Below are positions 1-11,646 of a DNA stretch of 64,000 nucleotides, in pieces. Under the pieces are notes generated by a model. That model ran no database searches and was not told the origin of the DNA. It worked only from the letters and a program-made list of their open reading frames with translations. Numbering within the stretch: position 1 is the stretch's first letter; every line of letters begins with the position of its first letter. Made by a program: the position numbers and the translations under genes. This DNA comes from Emiliania huxleyi CCMP1516 (taxonomy: Eukaryota): the NCBI RefSeq assembly GCF_000372725.1, contig NW_005201327.1, positions 77,022 to 141,021 of the forward strand, given 5' to 3'.

Positions 1-369
1 GGGTTGTGACATTTGGCGATTCCGCGGCTTACTGGGTCCCTGAGCCGCTCCCCGTGTGCGATTATTGTGGCCCAGGCATGGTACTGATAGTAAACGGGTC
101 AGAACCGGCCAAACACAGGCTACAGCCCCACACACGCGCCCGCCATAGCTCCTGGAGAGCATGCGCGAGTGACGCGCTACAAGCCGCGAGAGTGGCATCA
201 GAGGCAGGAACGACGTGCTCTTGCTGCACCTTGCAGCTGCACCGAGTGTGCTCGCAGTGTATGCCACGGCCGCCGCCTGCGGCATTGCTCTCGTGCAGCT
301 AAGGCGACGCAGGTCCATCAGCAGGGCTCATCCAATGCGAGCACACATTGTGCTTAGCCGCGCGGCACC

Positions 370-501
370 GGGCCGGTGCTTGCACTTTGAATGCCGTGGG
401 GCTCCTGCCCGTGTCCGGGCGTGGAGATGCGAGGGTCGCCCCCCCTTGCCCCACCACTTTGTGTGTGTGGAGACGTTTACCTTACGATACCTTACCTTAC
501 C
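370..501 (+). mobile_element. SINE-like element family A (CTTAC-tailed), intergenic copy
   Basis: Core GCACTTTGAATGCCGTGGGGCTCCTG...GAGGGTCGCCCCCCCTTGCCCCACCAC...GTGTGGAGA plus a TTACC-repeat tail; the same sequence recurs at least 7 more times in the window. Confidence 0.8.
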
Positions 502-546
502 CCCCAAAGAGCCGGAACCCAAACTTGGAGGATTTGGAGTCCAAAC

Positions 547-2998
547 ATGGTGAGTGCTCGCGAGCTTGGCAGCGGCGCAGGATCCCTGAGCTGCTCCGAC
601 GCGGCCGTGCTGGCGGCGGAGCGTGGCGAGGAGGTGGCAGTGCTGGCGTGGCTCGAGGGCGGGGGGCGGGCCGACGCGACGTACGAGAGAGGCGGCGGGC
701 GGGCCGACGCGACGTACGAGAGAGACGGCGTGAGCGGCCTCACGCTGCTGATGGGCGCCGCCCGCAATGGCCACGAGCGGGTGGTCGAGTTGCTGCTGCG
801 GCACGGGGCGAAGATCAACCAGCAGAACAGCAACGGCGAAATTGCGCTGATGAACGCCGCCTACCACGGCCACAAGCGGGTGGTCGAGCTGCTGATACGG
901 CGCGGCGCTGAGGTCAACCTGCAGGACAGCCTCGGCGGCACCGCGCTGATGCACGCCGCCCAGGAAGGCCACAAGCGGGTGGTCGAGCTGCTGCTGCAGC
1001 ACGGCGCAGAGGTCAACCTGCAGAGTAGCAACGGCAGCACTGCGCTGATGGGCGCCGCCGACAGAGGCCACGAGCGGGTGGTCGAGCTGCTGCAGCAGCA
1101 CGGCGCGGAGGTCAACCTGCAGGACAGCATCGGCATCACCGCGCTGATGCACGCCGCCATTAACGGTCACGAGCGGCTGGTCGAGCTGCTGATGCAGCAC
1201 GGCGCTGAGATCAGCCTGCAGAGGAGCGACGGCGGCACCGCGCTGATGAGCGCCGCCCAGCATGGCCACGAGCGGGTGGTCGAGTTGATGCTGCGGCACG
1301 GGGCGGGGATCAACCAGCGGAACAGCCTCGGCGGCACCGCGCTGTCTCGCCGCCCACAACGGCCACGAGCGGGTGGTCGAGCTGCTGCTGCGGCGCTGCG
1401 CTGAGGTCAACCTGCAGGACAGCGGCGGCGCCACCGCGCTGATGGCCGCCGCCAACCACGGCCACGAGCGGGTGGTCGACCTGCTGATACGGCACGGTGC
1501 TGAGACCAACCTGCAGAGCAGCATCGGCAACACCGCCCTGATGCTCGCCGCCACCAAAGGCCACGAGCGGGTGGTCGACACGCTGATGCAGCACGGCGCA
1601 GAGGTCAACGTGCAGGACAGCAAAGGCTACACCGCGCTGATGGGCGCCGCCTACAGCGGCCACACCGCCGTCGTGCTCCGCCTGCTTCGTGCTGGCGCGA
1701 ATGCAAAGGCTCGCTCTGCAGACGGCAGGTCCGCGCTGCAGATCGCCAAGGAGGGGGCGGCCAAGGTGCTAGCTACTTCCGACGCCGCCAGTGCTCCTGA
1801 AGCGGACCACGCCGGGTGCGTGCGCGCTCTCACAGAGCACGCAGCGGCGCTGAGGGAGGCGGAGGCGGCGGAGAAGGCGGCGGAGAAGGCGCTCGAGGCC
1901 AAGGGGCGGCGCGAGCAGCGCGAGCGGGAGGCGGCGGCGGCGGCGCGAGAGCGCGAACAGGCGGCACGACAGCGCGAAGCAGAGCGAGCGGAGGACGAGG
2001 CGCGCCGGGCAGCGGACGCGGCGGCGCTGGAGGAGCAGAGGCGAGCCATTGCGGCGGAGGCGGAGGCAAAGCTGGCCGCTGAGCGTGCGGCAGCAGAGGC
2101 GACACTGCGGGCGAGGGAGGCGGAGAGGCTTGCGGCTGAGGAGGCGCAGCGAGAGGAGCAGCGGGCGGCCGCGGCGGCGCGCAAAGCCGCTCAGGCAGAG
2201 GCGGCGCGGCGCGACAAGGAGGCTGCGGATAGGCGGGCGGAGGAGGAGAAGGCGAGGCGGCGCGCAAAGGCGGCGGAGGCAACGGCGGCCAAGAAGGAGG
2301 CCAAGGCGAAGAACAATAAGGCCAAGAAGGCGCCGTCTGCTTTCGCGCTCGAGGAGGAGCGGAGGGTGAAGGCTGCAGCAGAGGTTCGCGCACAGGAGGA
2401 GAGGGCGGCGCAGCTGGCTGCTGAGCAGGAGTCGGCGAAGCGGGCGGAGCGGGAGGCGGCAGAGCTAGCGGGTGCGGCAGAGCAGGCGGCGCTGCGCGAG
2501 GATGCGGAGCTGGCAGAGGCGCTGCGCCGGTCAGAGGCGGATGCGGAGGAGGAGGCGCTGGCGCGTCGGGTGTCGCGGTGCGAGGAGGCGGTGAGCAGCG
2601 AGTCGACCGGCGGCGGCGGGGACTTGCCGCGGCGTGTCGAGCGGCTGGAGGCGAGCCTCGGCGCGGCGACCGAGGGCAGCCTCGAGGAGCGGGTCGGCGC
2701 CATCGAGCGCTTGATCGAGCCAGAGGCGGGGGAGGCGGCGGAGCAGCATCTGCCAGTCACCGAGCCGCTTGCTACCGTCTCACTAGCCGACGCCGGCCTC
2801 GACACGGGGCGGCCAGCTGCCCCCGAGTCCACGATGGGGGGAGAGACCACGTGCATCGTGTGTTTCGCGAGAGTCAAGTCGCATGCTGCGGTTCCGTGCG
2901 GGCACTTGTGCGCTTGCGGGCCATGCTCTGAGCTGATGCAAGAGTGCCCTTACTGCCGCGAGCCAGTGATGATGTGGATGGTTCCGCGTCCGGTCTAG
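547..2998 (+). CDS. Ankyrin-repeat protein with coiled coil, UIM-like motif and C-terminal C3HC4 RING; frameshift near 1345
   Basis: About 10 ankyrin repeats (GxTALMxAAxxGHxRVVELLL) across ORFs 391-1404 and 1373-2998. EDAELAEALRRS is UIM-like. RING: CIVC...CGHLCAC..C...CPYC. The repeat at 1341-1365 lacks 2 nt relative to its neighbours. Confidence 0.85.
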
Positions 2999-3367
2999 GC
3001 TAGACTATGTTTGTGAGTCGGTAGGTTATGTTCGAGTCGGAGCGCACAGACGGCACATCGACCGCCGGAATGCTGGGCAAAGGCACGAGGAGCGTCAGGG
3101 GCGGCGGGAACCCGCAATTTGAGATGCCGAGGCATCTGAAATTGCCCGATACGCGATACGATTTCTAATCTCAGAAAAAAATGCAAAACGATTTTTGCAA
3201 CTCAAAATGCCCTCGTCTCAAATTGCGGGTTCCCCGCCCCTGACGGAGGGCAGCGACCGCAACCGACTATGGATTAGATCGAGGACCCTCTCCTCTCGTG
3301 AGGGCGCAGAAGACGGGGGGGAGAGGTGTAGGTTCTTGTTTGCCCGTGGTGCACCGTATCACAGGTA

Positions 3368-6230
3368 TCACTCTACATCAGAGTCATCACTTGCTCGTGC
3401 GGACACGTCTGCCGCCACGACGTCGAGCCAGCGCCTCGCGACGGCCGCCCACGTCTCGGAGCGCAGCGTCGGCGTGTCGACGGACGGCAGCGCGCCGCGG
3501 GCCTTCCACTCGAGCAGGATCTCGGCCGCCCTGGCCGCCGCCGCGCGCTGCGTGCTCGGCTCCGTCGGGTCGCCCTCGACGCGGAGGACGTAGTCCTTGC
3601 TCGGGTCGGAGAAGACGGCGACGCTCGAGGTGAGCGGCACGCAGCCGAGCATCGCGGCCTCGCGCACGGCGATGCAGTCGATCTCGGGCCAGTCGCCCAC
3701 ATAGTAGAGGAGCTGCGCGCGCGCCTTGGCGCGCAGCAGCTCCAGCTGCCCGACGCGGCCGTGGTCGACCACGCTCGGCCCAAAGCTCGCGAGGAGCGCC
3801 TTCATGCCGTCGCGCCACGCCGAGGCTGGGTGGAGCAGCTCGTGCGTGCGCCAGCCGTAGTACACGTGCAGCGTCGCGTCGGGCACGCGCGCCAGCAGCG
3901 CCGGCCAGCCGTGGCGCAGCATGTGCTCGAGGCCGCGGTCGTACGACGACGTGTACACCAGCCGCGGCGCGGCGGGGCGGGGCGCGCCGGCGTCGGCCTC
4001 GGCCGCTGGCGCCGCGGGCTGCCGCCGCTCGGCCTTGACTCTGGCGACCATATCTCCCCGCATCTCCCCGTCTCTCCCCGTCTCTCCCCATACCTCGGCC
4101 TTGACTCTGGCGACCAGCTCCTCGTCGACGCCGTTGGGGAGGACGCAGGCGGGCGTACCCGAGGCGACGGGCGGCAGGACGCCGCGCTGGAACTCGCTCT
4201 TGCACATGAGGCGGTCCACGCGCGCGAGGCGGCGCGGCGACATGTCGCGCCGCCGCGGCATGTCGTGCAGATCGAGCAGCACTAGCCGCGCGTCGAGGGG
4301 CTCGTCCAGCAGCTCGAGCGAGCGCCACGCGATGAACGTGCCGAAGCTGTCGGACGGGTTGAAGGCCGCCACGTCCACGAGCCGCACGCCGCGCCACTCG
4401 CGCTCCGTCGCCGCCGCCGCCGCCGCCGCCGCCCCCGCGGCGCCATCGGCGGGCGCGCCCATGCGCAAGTACACGGCCACCTCCCGGTCGGGCTCCATCG
4501 CCTTCCAGCGCGAGGCGAGCTGCAGCACCGCCGTCTCGGAGCCGCCCAGCCCGGTCTCGAGCCGCTCGGGGCCCCACGGCTCGAGCGCGACGCCCGTGTA
4601 GTACACGAGGGAGGAGGGCGGCCACGCGCGCGGCGGCGGCCGCTCAGCCGCTGGCCTCCAGTGGCGCGACTCGGAGCGCGAGAGCGACGCGACCGTACGC
4701 GAGGCGAGCGCGCGCGTGGGGGCGTGGCCGCTCGTCTGCAGCAGCGCCGCCAGCTGAGAGAGGAGAGGCGCCGCCTCGGGCATCGCGGCCGCCGCCTGCT
4801 CGCGCGCCGTCGCAGACACACGGCACAGCCTCTCGAGCGCCCGCAGCGAGGCGTGCCGCGCCGCCTGCTCCGCCGGCGAGGAGGCGGCGGCGGCGGCGGA
4901 GGCACAAGCGGCGCCGCCGCTCGGGAGGAGGTGCAACGCGAGCGCCCCTGCCGCGCCGCACTCGACGAGCAGGTCAAGCGCGTCGTCGTCCGCGCTCGCG
5001 TTGCACACGGCGCCCGCGGCGCGGCGGCGCACTGTCAGGTCGCCCGACGCCAGCGCGGCGACGAGGGGGGCGGCGCACGCGCGCGGCGGCAGCCTCACGA
5101 GCCGCGCGTGCTCCTCGCCGCGGGTGAGTAGATGCTGCAGGGCGCCGGCGCCCGCGGCGTGCGCCTCAACGGGCACGTCACCTGTTCACAGGCCGCGGTG
5201 AGAAGAGACGCTGCTCACGCCTCCTGGCGCCTCCGCGGGCAAGGCCACGCCCCGGGCGAGCACCCCGGCGAGGGCGGCGAGTAAGCTGCGGCCGCCTGCG
5301 CCTCCTCCCCCCTCGCCTCCTCCCCCCTCGCCTCCGCCCCCCTCGCCTCCGCCCCCCTCGCCTCCTCGCGGCAAGCGCTCGACGGAGGAGGCCGCGTGCG
5401 ACCCCTCCGGCAGCGCGGGCCCGCTCGTGCGGAAGAGGAGCTCCTCGCTCAGAGCGGCGGCCGCCACGATCGCCCGCAGCTCTGGCGGCAGCGAGGGCGG
5501 CGGCGGCGGCGGCGGCGGCAGCGAGGGTGGCGTCCGCAGTAGCGCCGACAAGACGTCGAGCACGCTCGCCATCGCTCCGGCGTGCAGAAGGCGCTGGGCA
5601 ACCGCGGCGCCGTCCGCAGGTGCCGCCGTCGCGGCGGCGCGATGGTCGGCAGAGGCTCGACGGAGCGCGTCGAACGCCTCCGCCACCTCCTCAGCGTCGA
5701 CGGCGCCACCGGCCGACCTCGAGGACCTGCCGAGCAGCGTCCCGAGCGTCTCCCCCCCACGCGCCGCCGCCGCCGCCGCCCCGTGCGTCGTCGGTGGTTC
5801 AAGCAGCGAATCGCTCGCCGCGCGCAGCCGTCGGAGCATGGCGCCAGTGCTATCCTCCTCCGCAGCGCCGGCCTAGAGGCGGCGGCGCGGCGGCTCGCAG
5901 ACAGCTCGCGCAAGTGCGCATCTCCCCATACAGAATCTCCCCATACCTCCCCGCATCTCCCCGCATCTCCCATATCTCGCAGACAGCTCGCGCAAGTGCG
6001 TATCTCCCCATACAGAATCTCCCCATACCTCCCCGTGTCGCCCCGCATCTCCCATATCTCGCGGACAGCTCGCGCAAGTGCGTATCTCCCCATACAGAAT
6101 CTCCCCATACCTCCCCGCATCTCCCCACATCTCCCCATATCTCGCGGACAGCTCGCGCAAGAGCGTGAGGAGGCGGAGCGCCTGGGCTCCGCGCCTCGGC
6201 GGGGTGCGGGACGCACCCGCCCGCCCGGCT
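3368..6230 (-). CDS. ARM-like region plus GT-B (GT4-like) glycosyltransferase, multi-exon, 5' end unresolved
   Basis: ORF 3368-5176 contains GLGGSETAVLQLA, LPNGVD, YTSSYDRGLE, EIDCIAVREAAMLGCVP. Upstream helical ORF 5186-5839. Probable intron 4028-4093. Confidence 0.7.
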
Positions 6231-7186
6231 CTACGGGCTACGCGCCCCCTCTTCGGCAAAAACACCACACAACAGTGTGTGGCACACTCCACGACCCCTA
6301 AAATCTCCAACCGTGACGGACGGTCCATCACACTGGAGCAAACGCACCCTCTTACACCACCCTAAGAAGCGGCCGCAGCCACCCGCAGATGCGCTCATCC
6401 TTGACGACCGGAGCGATGGAGCGACCACCCGAGCAGTGAGCGAGTCGAGCGGAAGCGGGCAGGGCTCCGCTAGGAGCAGCCCGAGCGCGTCACCGCGGAT
6501 GGCACGCCTCCGCCTCCCGGGGCGGCGGCCGAGCCGGAAGTTGGCTCTGCCACCAGCCTGTGGGTCGTCAACTTCTTCAACCGCGTCGCCCGCCGCGCTC
6601 GTGCCGAAGCCGCCCTCCTCGCCTCGATCCCCCTCCTCCCCCGCGCCTGCTTCGCCGCAAGCCCTCGCCACGCCGCCCACGTCGCCGGCGAGCTGCGGGC
6701 CAGACGCGCCCTTTGCCCTGGTGCCAAACTTTACCGTCACATCGGTCATCGCGAGCGCCCGGTGGCCAACACTTTCTTTTCTAACCGTGCCGATGAACCG
6801 ATGTTGGTGTAAAGCCTTTAAACCAAAACTTTAGGCTAAGCCGTACTAGTTTGTGCGCGAGACACACACACAGTCCACACACCCGTGTCCCAGCATGAGG
6901 GGCGTTGAGGACAGAGGACAAGAGGAGGCGGGCGGGCGGCGGCGTGCTTGGCGAGGGAGCGGCGGCGGCGGAGGCGGCGAGGCGGCGCGAGCGGCGGCGC
7001 GGGGTGGACATCGCGAGAACAAGAAAAACGAAGCCATGTTTGGGCGCCTTTCGCCCTTCTCATCACTGCCCCGGCGCCCACGTCTCGATCTTCTTCGGCA
7101 GCAGCTGGTTCGACTCGTCCTCTCCGTGGCCTAGGCAGGCGTCTTCGCCCTCGCCCCAGGTAAAGACGGCGCTGTCGGCGGTGACA
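6231..7186. repeat. Inverted near-identical copy of 12627-13582, including the RCC1 gene 3' end
   Basis: Reverse complement matches almost base for base, and the ORF track gives identical peptides on opposite strands. The copy abuts the N gap. Confidence 0.9.
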
Positions 7187-7191
7187 ACCGA

Positions 7192-7291
7192 NNNNNNNNN
7201 NNNNNNNNNNNNNNNNNNNNNNNNNNNNNNNNNNNNNNNNNNNNNNNNNNNNNNNNNNNNNNNNNNNNNNNNNNNNNNNNNNNNNNNNNNN
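7192..7291. other. Assembly gap (100 N)
   Basis: Run of n characters. Confidence 1.
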
Positions 7292-7861
7292 GGGGTTGCC
7301 CAGCTCCGCGGAGAAGACGCCGCCGCCTCCCGCCGCCGGCATCTCAAAGTACGAGGCGCCGCCGCGCGAGGCGGACAGCTCGCACACGCAGCGCACCTGC
7401 ACGGAGCACGCGTCGGCGCCGGTGCGAGCGAGGGCGTCGAGCTGCGCCTGCGCCGCGTCGGCCGAGCGCCAGTCGTCGTCGTCGCAAAAGAGGATGGCGT
7501 CCGTGCCCGACAAGCTGCACAGCTCGAGCGCGAGGTTGCGCTTGAGCCGCAGGCACACGCGGCCCGACGCGTCTGGAGGCACGGCGACGTACCGCACGGC
7601 GACGTGGCCCTCCGCGACGGCGCTGTCGGCGCCGCACAGCCGCGCTCGATCCACGCCGCAGACGGCGGCTCGCACGTACGGCCAGCCCGCTGCGTCCGGG
7701 CCGTCGTCGAGCACGAGGACCTCGAGTGCCGTCGCCGAGGAGACGCGCTGCGCCGCCGCCGCGCGGACAGCGCGCTCCAGCAGCGGCGCCCGCTCCGGGC
7801 GGCGGCGCGTGGCCGTGAGGACGACGACCGTGAGCCTGCGGGGAGGGAAGTCCACCGCCAT
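7292..7861 (-). CDS. GT2-like (GT-A) glycosyltransferase, N-terminal part, cut by the gap
   Basis: TVVVLTATRRR, LEVLVLDDG, KRNLALE, ILFCDDDDW (DxD motif). Confidence 0.7.
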
Positions 7862-8249
7862 ATGTGCGCAGCTTTTCTTTTTTCGTCGCGCTGTTTTTCT
7901 TCCACGCGCCCCTTCCCCTCCTTTTCCAAAATCCTGTGAGGTTCTCAACACACCCTGGTTTGGTACCCCGTTTTATTTCTTTCTTTCTCTAGCTTTACCT
8001 TTCTCTTCTCTTTCTTGTTGCCAAGCCCAAATCCCAAACCACATTTTCCCTTATGGCGATTTTTTATTTCCGCCGACCTGGACGTCCAGTTTGTGGCCCT
8101 GTCTCTCGCTCGGGTGATCCGCCGCCGCTGCCGCCGCTGCATGCCGCAAGGGCTCGAAGCCTTCCACGAAGAAGCATCCGCCGCCCCGCCCAGTCTTCTG
8201 CGCGCACCGATGGATTGACAGACTCGCAACCTGCGCGGCCACAGGAACG

Positions 8250-9161
8250 ATGCCCTACCTCGGTGCCAGTTTTGATGACGCCACGCAAGCCGCGCTGGCG
8301 GAAGCCGCCGACCGCTTTGCCGCTAATTCGCCCTTTGAGAAGGATCAGACGCGGCCCTTCCACATCCCACTCATTGGCGGGCTGCACGTCTACACGCGCG
8401 ACGAGATCAGCAACGCCGTCGAGGCTGGCAGCCAGGCCGCCTCCGACGCCATCGAGGGCCGGTTCGTCCGATGGGAGGCGAGCCCGCGCGGCCGCCTCCG
8501 CGTCGTGGTCTCGCTCAAGAGCCACGACGGCCTCGAGCGCATCCGCTGGCTGCTGCCGCGCGGCAAGGAGTGGCGCGACGAGAAGTACGTGGACGTCGGC
8601 TCGCTCTCCGAGGTGAGTCGGTCGGAGAGGGACGCCTTTCTCGAGGCGGCCGCTGCGGCCTTCCCCATCACGGAGAGCAGCTGCTTTGCTTGCCGCGCGC
8701 TCGACTACGTCGAGCTGCCAAAGAAGCCGCCGGCCTCGCGCGGCAAGCGCCGCGCCAAGCTCGCGGAGTCTGTGGCTCGCATCGTCGTCAGGGAGGACGC
8801 GATGGCCATCTCCCTCGACGACCTGATCAAGGAGCGCAAGGCCAAGGGCGGCCTCAAGAAGCCCGCTCCGAGCAACGGCTCGCAGCTCAACCCTGACGCG
8901 GCCGTTTTCGTCCCTGGCGCCGCGGCCAAGCTGCCGCGCGCCACGACGCCCAGCGGCCGGAACAGGGCGGTGCGACCCGGTGCGCTCGTCACGGCGGGCC
9001 CGCTTGGCCCGCCGGCCATCCGACGCCAGCACGCGCGGAGGCAGCAGCCGACGGCTCCGAAGGAGCGGGTGGGGAAGGGCCCCATGAGCGGCGGCCCGAT
9101 CCGAAAGAAGCGGGCGAATGGAATGCAGCGGGCCTCTGGCGCGGCGTTGATTCGCCCGTAA
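8250..9161 (+). CDS. Hypothetical RNA-associated protein with a PAM2 motif and an ALYREF-like SLDDLIK motif
   Basis: Single clean 303-aa ORF. SQLNPDAAVFVPG matches PAM2. MAISLDDLIKERK resembles the UAP56-binding motif. Confidence 0.6.
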   Translation: MPYLGASFDDATQAALAEAADRFAANSPFEKDQTRPFHIPLIGGLHVYTRDEISNAVEAGSQAASDAIEGRFVRWEASPRGRLRVVVSLKSHDGLERIRWLLPRGKEWRDEKYVDVGSLSEVSRSERDAFLEAAAAAFPITESSCFACRALDYVELPKKPPASRGKRRAKLAESVARIVVREDAMAISLDDLIKERKAKGGLKKPAPSNGSQLNPDAAVFVPGAAAKLPRATTPSGRNRAVRPGALVTAGPLGPPAIRRQHARRQQPTAPKERVGKGPMSGGPIRKKRANGMQRASGAALIRP

Positions 9162-10381
9162 GCCCATGCCTTCGCCGACACGAGACGAGCGACGCCGCCG
9201 GGAGAGCGGAGACGTGGCTGGCCCGTGGGGACCGAGAGACTGACCTGACGTGACTTGCGTTGTTGAGGGTTTCTTGTGCCGGATGATGACGGCCGATGTT
9301 TGTTTGCTGTTGGTTTGCTTTTCTTCTTTCTTTTTTCGATTTTAATAGGTACTTTCTTTTCTTTTCAGTCCCGTGCCTTTTCACACGGGGACAGGCGCGG
9401 CGCCGCCCTGACGTGCAACGACAAAGCCGCTGCTTGTCACCTTGCTTGTCACGTCGCAATCACACCGGGCGTGCCACCTTTGCGTGAGCGCGACACAGTT
9501 TTTCATGCCTGAACTTGGAGCACTTGGAGTGCAGTCGGTAACCTCAAACCTGAAGAAAAGAATTTAAACAAAACAACTCCCTCTCACAGCAGACAGGCTC
9601 GACACAGGTGCGGACTGGCGCGTGCTAGCACTATCACAGGCAATGCAACCGGAGCCGCCTAAGCGACTCCGGTAAGCACGGCAATGCACTTAGCGCCGTG
9701 CACAATGCCGCTCTCCCCGCACGCTAGCTCGTTCACCGTCCACGCCACGGCGGCGTGGAGAACGACAGACAAGCGCTGCATCTGCAGCCCGTGCCAGTTC
9801 TTGGTGGTCCATGTGACCTCATCGAGGTGGTGGCAAGCAAACTCCACCCAAAAATGTGCATTTTGTGGCCATGATCGCCTGCAGCACATATCGCCTCTGC
9901 CCATCGCGGAGCCCAAACCCTCGTCTCAGAGCCGATACTGCGACTCGTCGCTCGGAAGGGGACCGGTCTAGGCCTGAGTAGGTGCTATCAGTGGGCTACA
10001 TGCCGCTTGCCGCGGCTCCTAGGTCGACGAAACGCTCGCGCTTCACCCTCCCCCCCTCTGACGATAGGTGCCTGCGTCGCGCGCTCACCGGCAAAGAAGC
10101 ACACGGCGGGCGATGGCGGCGCGCGGCGACGCTTCTGGAAGGTCGCTCACATACCCATCATCACCACAACGCCGTAGGCGGGTCGAGACTGCCCGGGCGG
10201 CGCTGCCCATCGCCGCAACTGGGCGGCTGGTGGCGGCGCAGACGACGTTTGTCCACCAGCCGCCCCCGCGCCCCGCGCCCCAGGCTCAGCCCGTGGGCGC
10301 CACGGCGGCAGTCGGTAGGCGAGGGGGGAGAGGGGGGCGTGGTCGTGGCGGGCGGGGCGGGCGGGGCGGGCGGGGCGCGGC

Positions 10382-10488
10382 CAGGGTTCGTGAGTGAAAT
10401 TTCACCCTTTCACTTTCACATGTGAATTCATGTGAATTTCACATGAAACGTTTCGGCCGCCCCCGTTTCACTGAAAATTTCACAAGTT
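10382..10488 (+). mobile_element. TIR-like end (CAGGGTTCGTGAGTGAA...), left
   Basis: Inverted match to 30039-30147, with internal TTCACATGTGAA/TGAAATTTCA palindromes. Confidence 0.7.
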
Positions 10489-10518
10489 TGCATCCAAACG
10501 CGGTGAAAGCGACGAAGT

Positions 10519-11103
10519 CGCCGCCGCCCCTACACCGCCGCCGCCGCCCTCCCGAGGCCAGATAATAGCCCAAGTCGAAGAGTGCGCGCCGCCCTCGGTA
10601 TCTGGGTGGCAGGCGGGACTAGTGAGGCACGCCAGAGCACGGCCGGGGGCGCGAGCCGCCATCTTGGACTGTGAGGCGAGTATTTGCCACCGGGAGCTCG
10701 CCGCCGCCCCTACACCGCCGCCGCCGCCCTAACGAGGCCAGATAATAGCCCAAGTCGAAGAGTGCGCGCCGCCCTCGGTATCTGGGTGGCAGGCGGGACT
10801 AGTGAGGCACGCCAGAGCACGGCCGGGGGCGCGAGCCGCGCCATCTTGGACTGTGAGGCGAGTATTTGCCACCGGGAGCTCGCCGCCGCCCCTACACCGC
10901 CGCCGCCGCCCTCCCGAGGCCAGATAATAGCCCAAGTCGAAGAGTGCGCGCCGCCCTCGGTATCTGGGTGGCAGGCGGGACTAGTGAGGCACGCCAGAGC
11001 ACGGCCGGGGACGCGAGCCGCCATCTTGGACTGTGAGGCGAGTATTTGCCACCGGGAGCTCGCCGCCGCCCCTACACCGCCGCCGCCGCCCTCCCGAGGC
11101 CAG
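10519..11103 (+). repeat. 180-bp tandem repeat, ~3.2 copies
   Basis: GATAATAGCC recurs at 10561, 10741 and 10923. Same family as 28295-29260 in the opposite orientation. Confidence 0.9.
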
Positions 11104-11646
11104 GGGGTGATATGGATTTCATACACGCCGAGCGCGCAGGCGCGACACATCGGAGACAATAAGGGGATCCCGGATTTACGCCCTTCCCCTTCGAAGTAGG
11201 GTACCACCCTACTATTTAGGGTGGGCTCCGGCGCCCGCGCCCGCATCGCCCCCAGATGGCAAGCGGAGCCTACCCAACAGAGTTTCCTCGAAAAAATCGC
11301 CTGGAAATTCTTTGAGAGCGCCTTCGTTGTTAATACCTTAATACAAACGGATGGTCACTTCCTGCAGTCACATCACACGTACACACCCACACCGTACCGC
11401 ACCCCGCGCCCGCGCGCCCCCTCGCCCCGCCTAGGTTGGAAGGAGGTGGAACAGCCCGAGGAAAGGAGCGACCAAACACGCGTATGGGAGGTTTGCCGGG
11501 CGTTTCTCACTTTCCGGAGCAGCACCAAGGTTCCGGCTTCGTTGATTCTTTTTCGCACCTGTGTCGAGCCTGTCTGCTGTGAGCGAGAGTTGTTGTGTTT
11601 AATTCTTTTTCTCGCACAAAACATAAAATTCTTTTTCTCGCGATAC

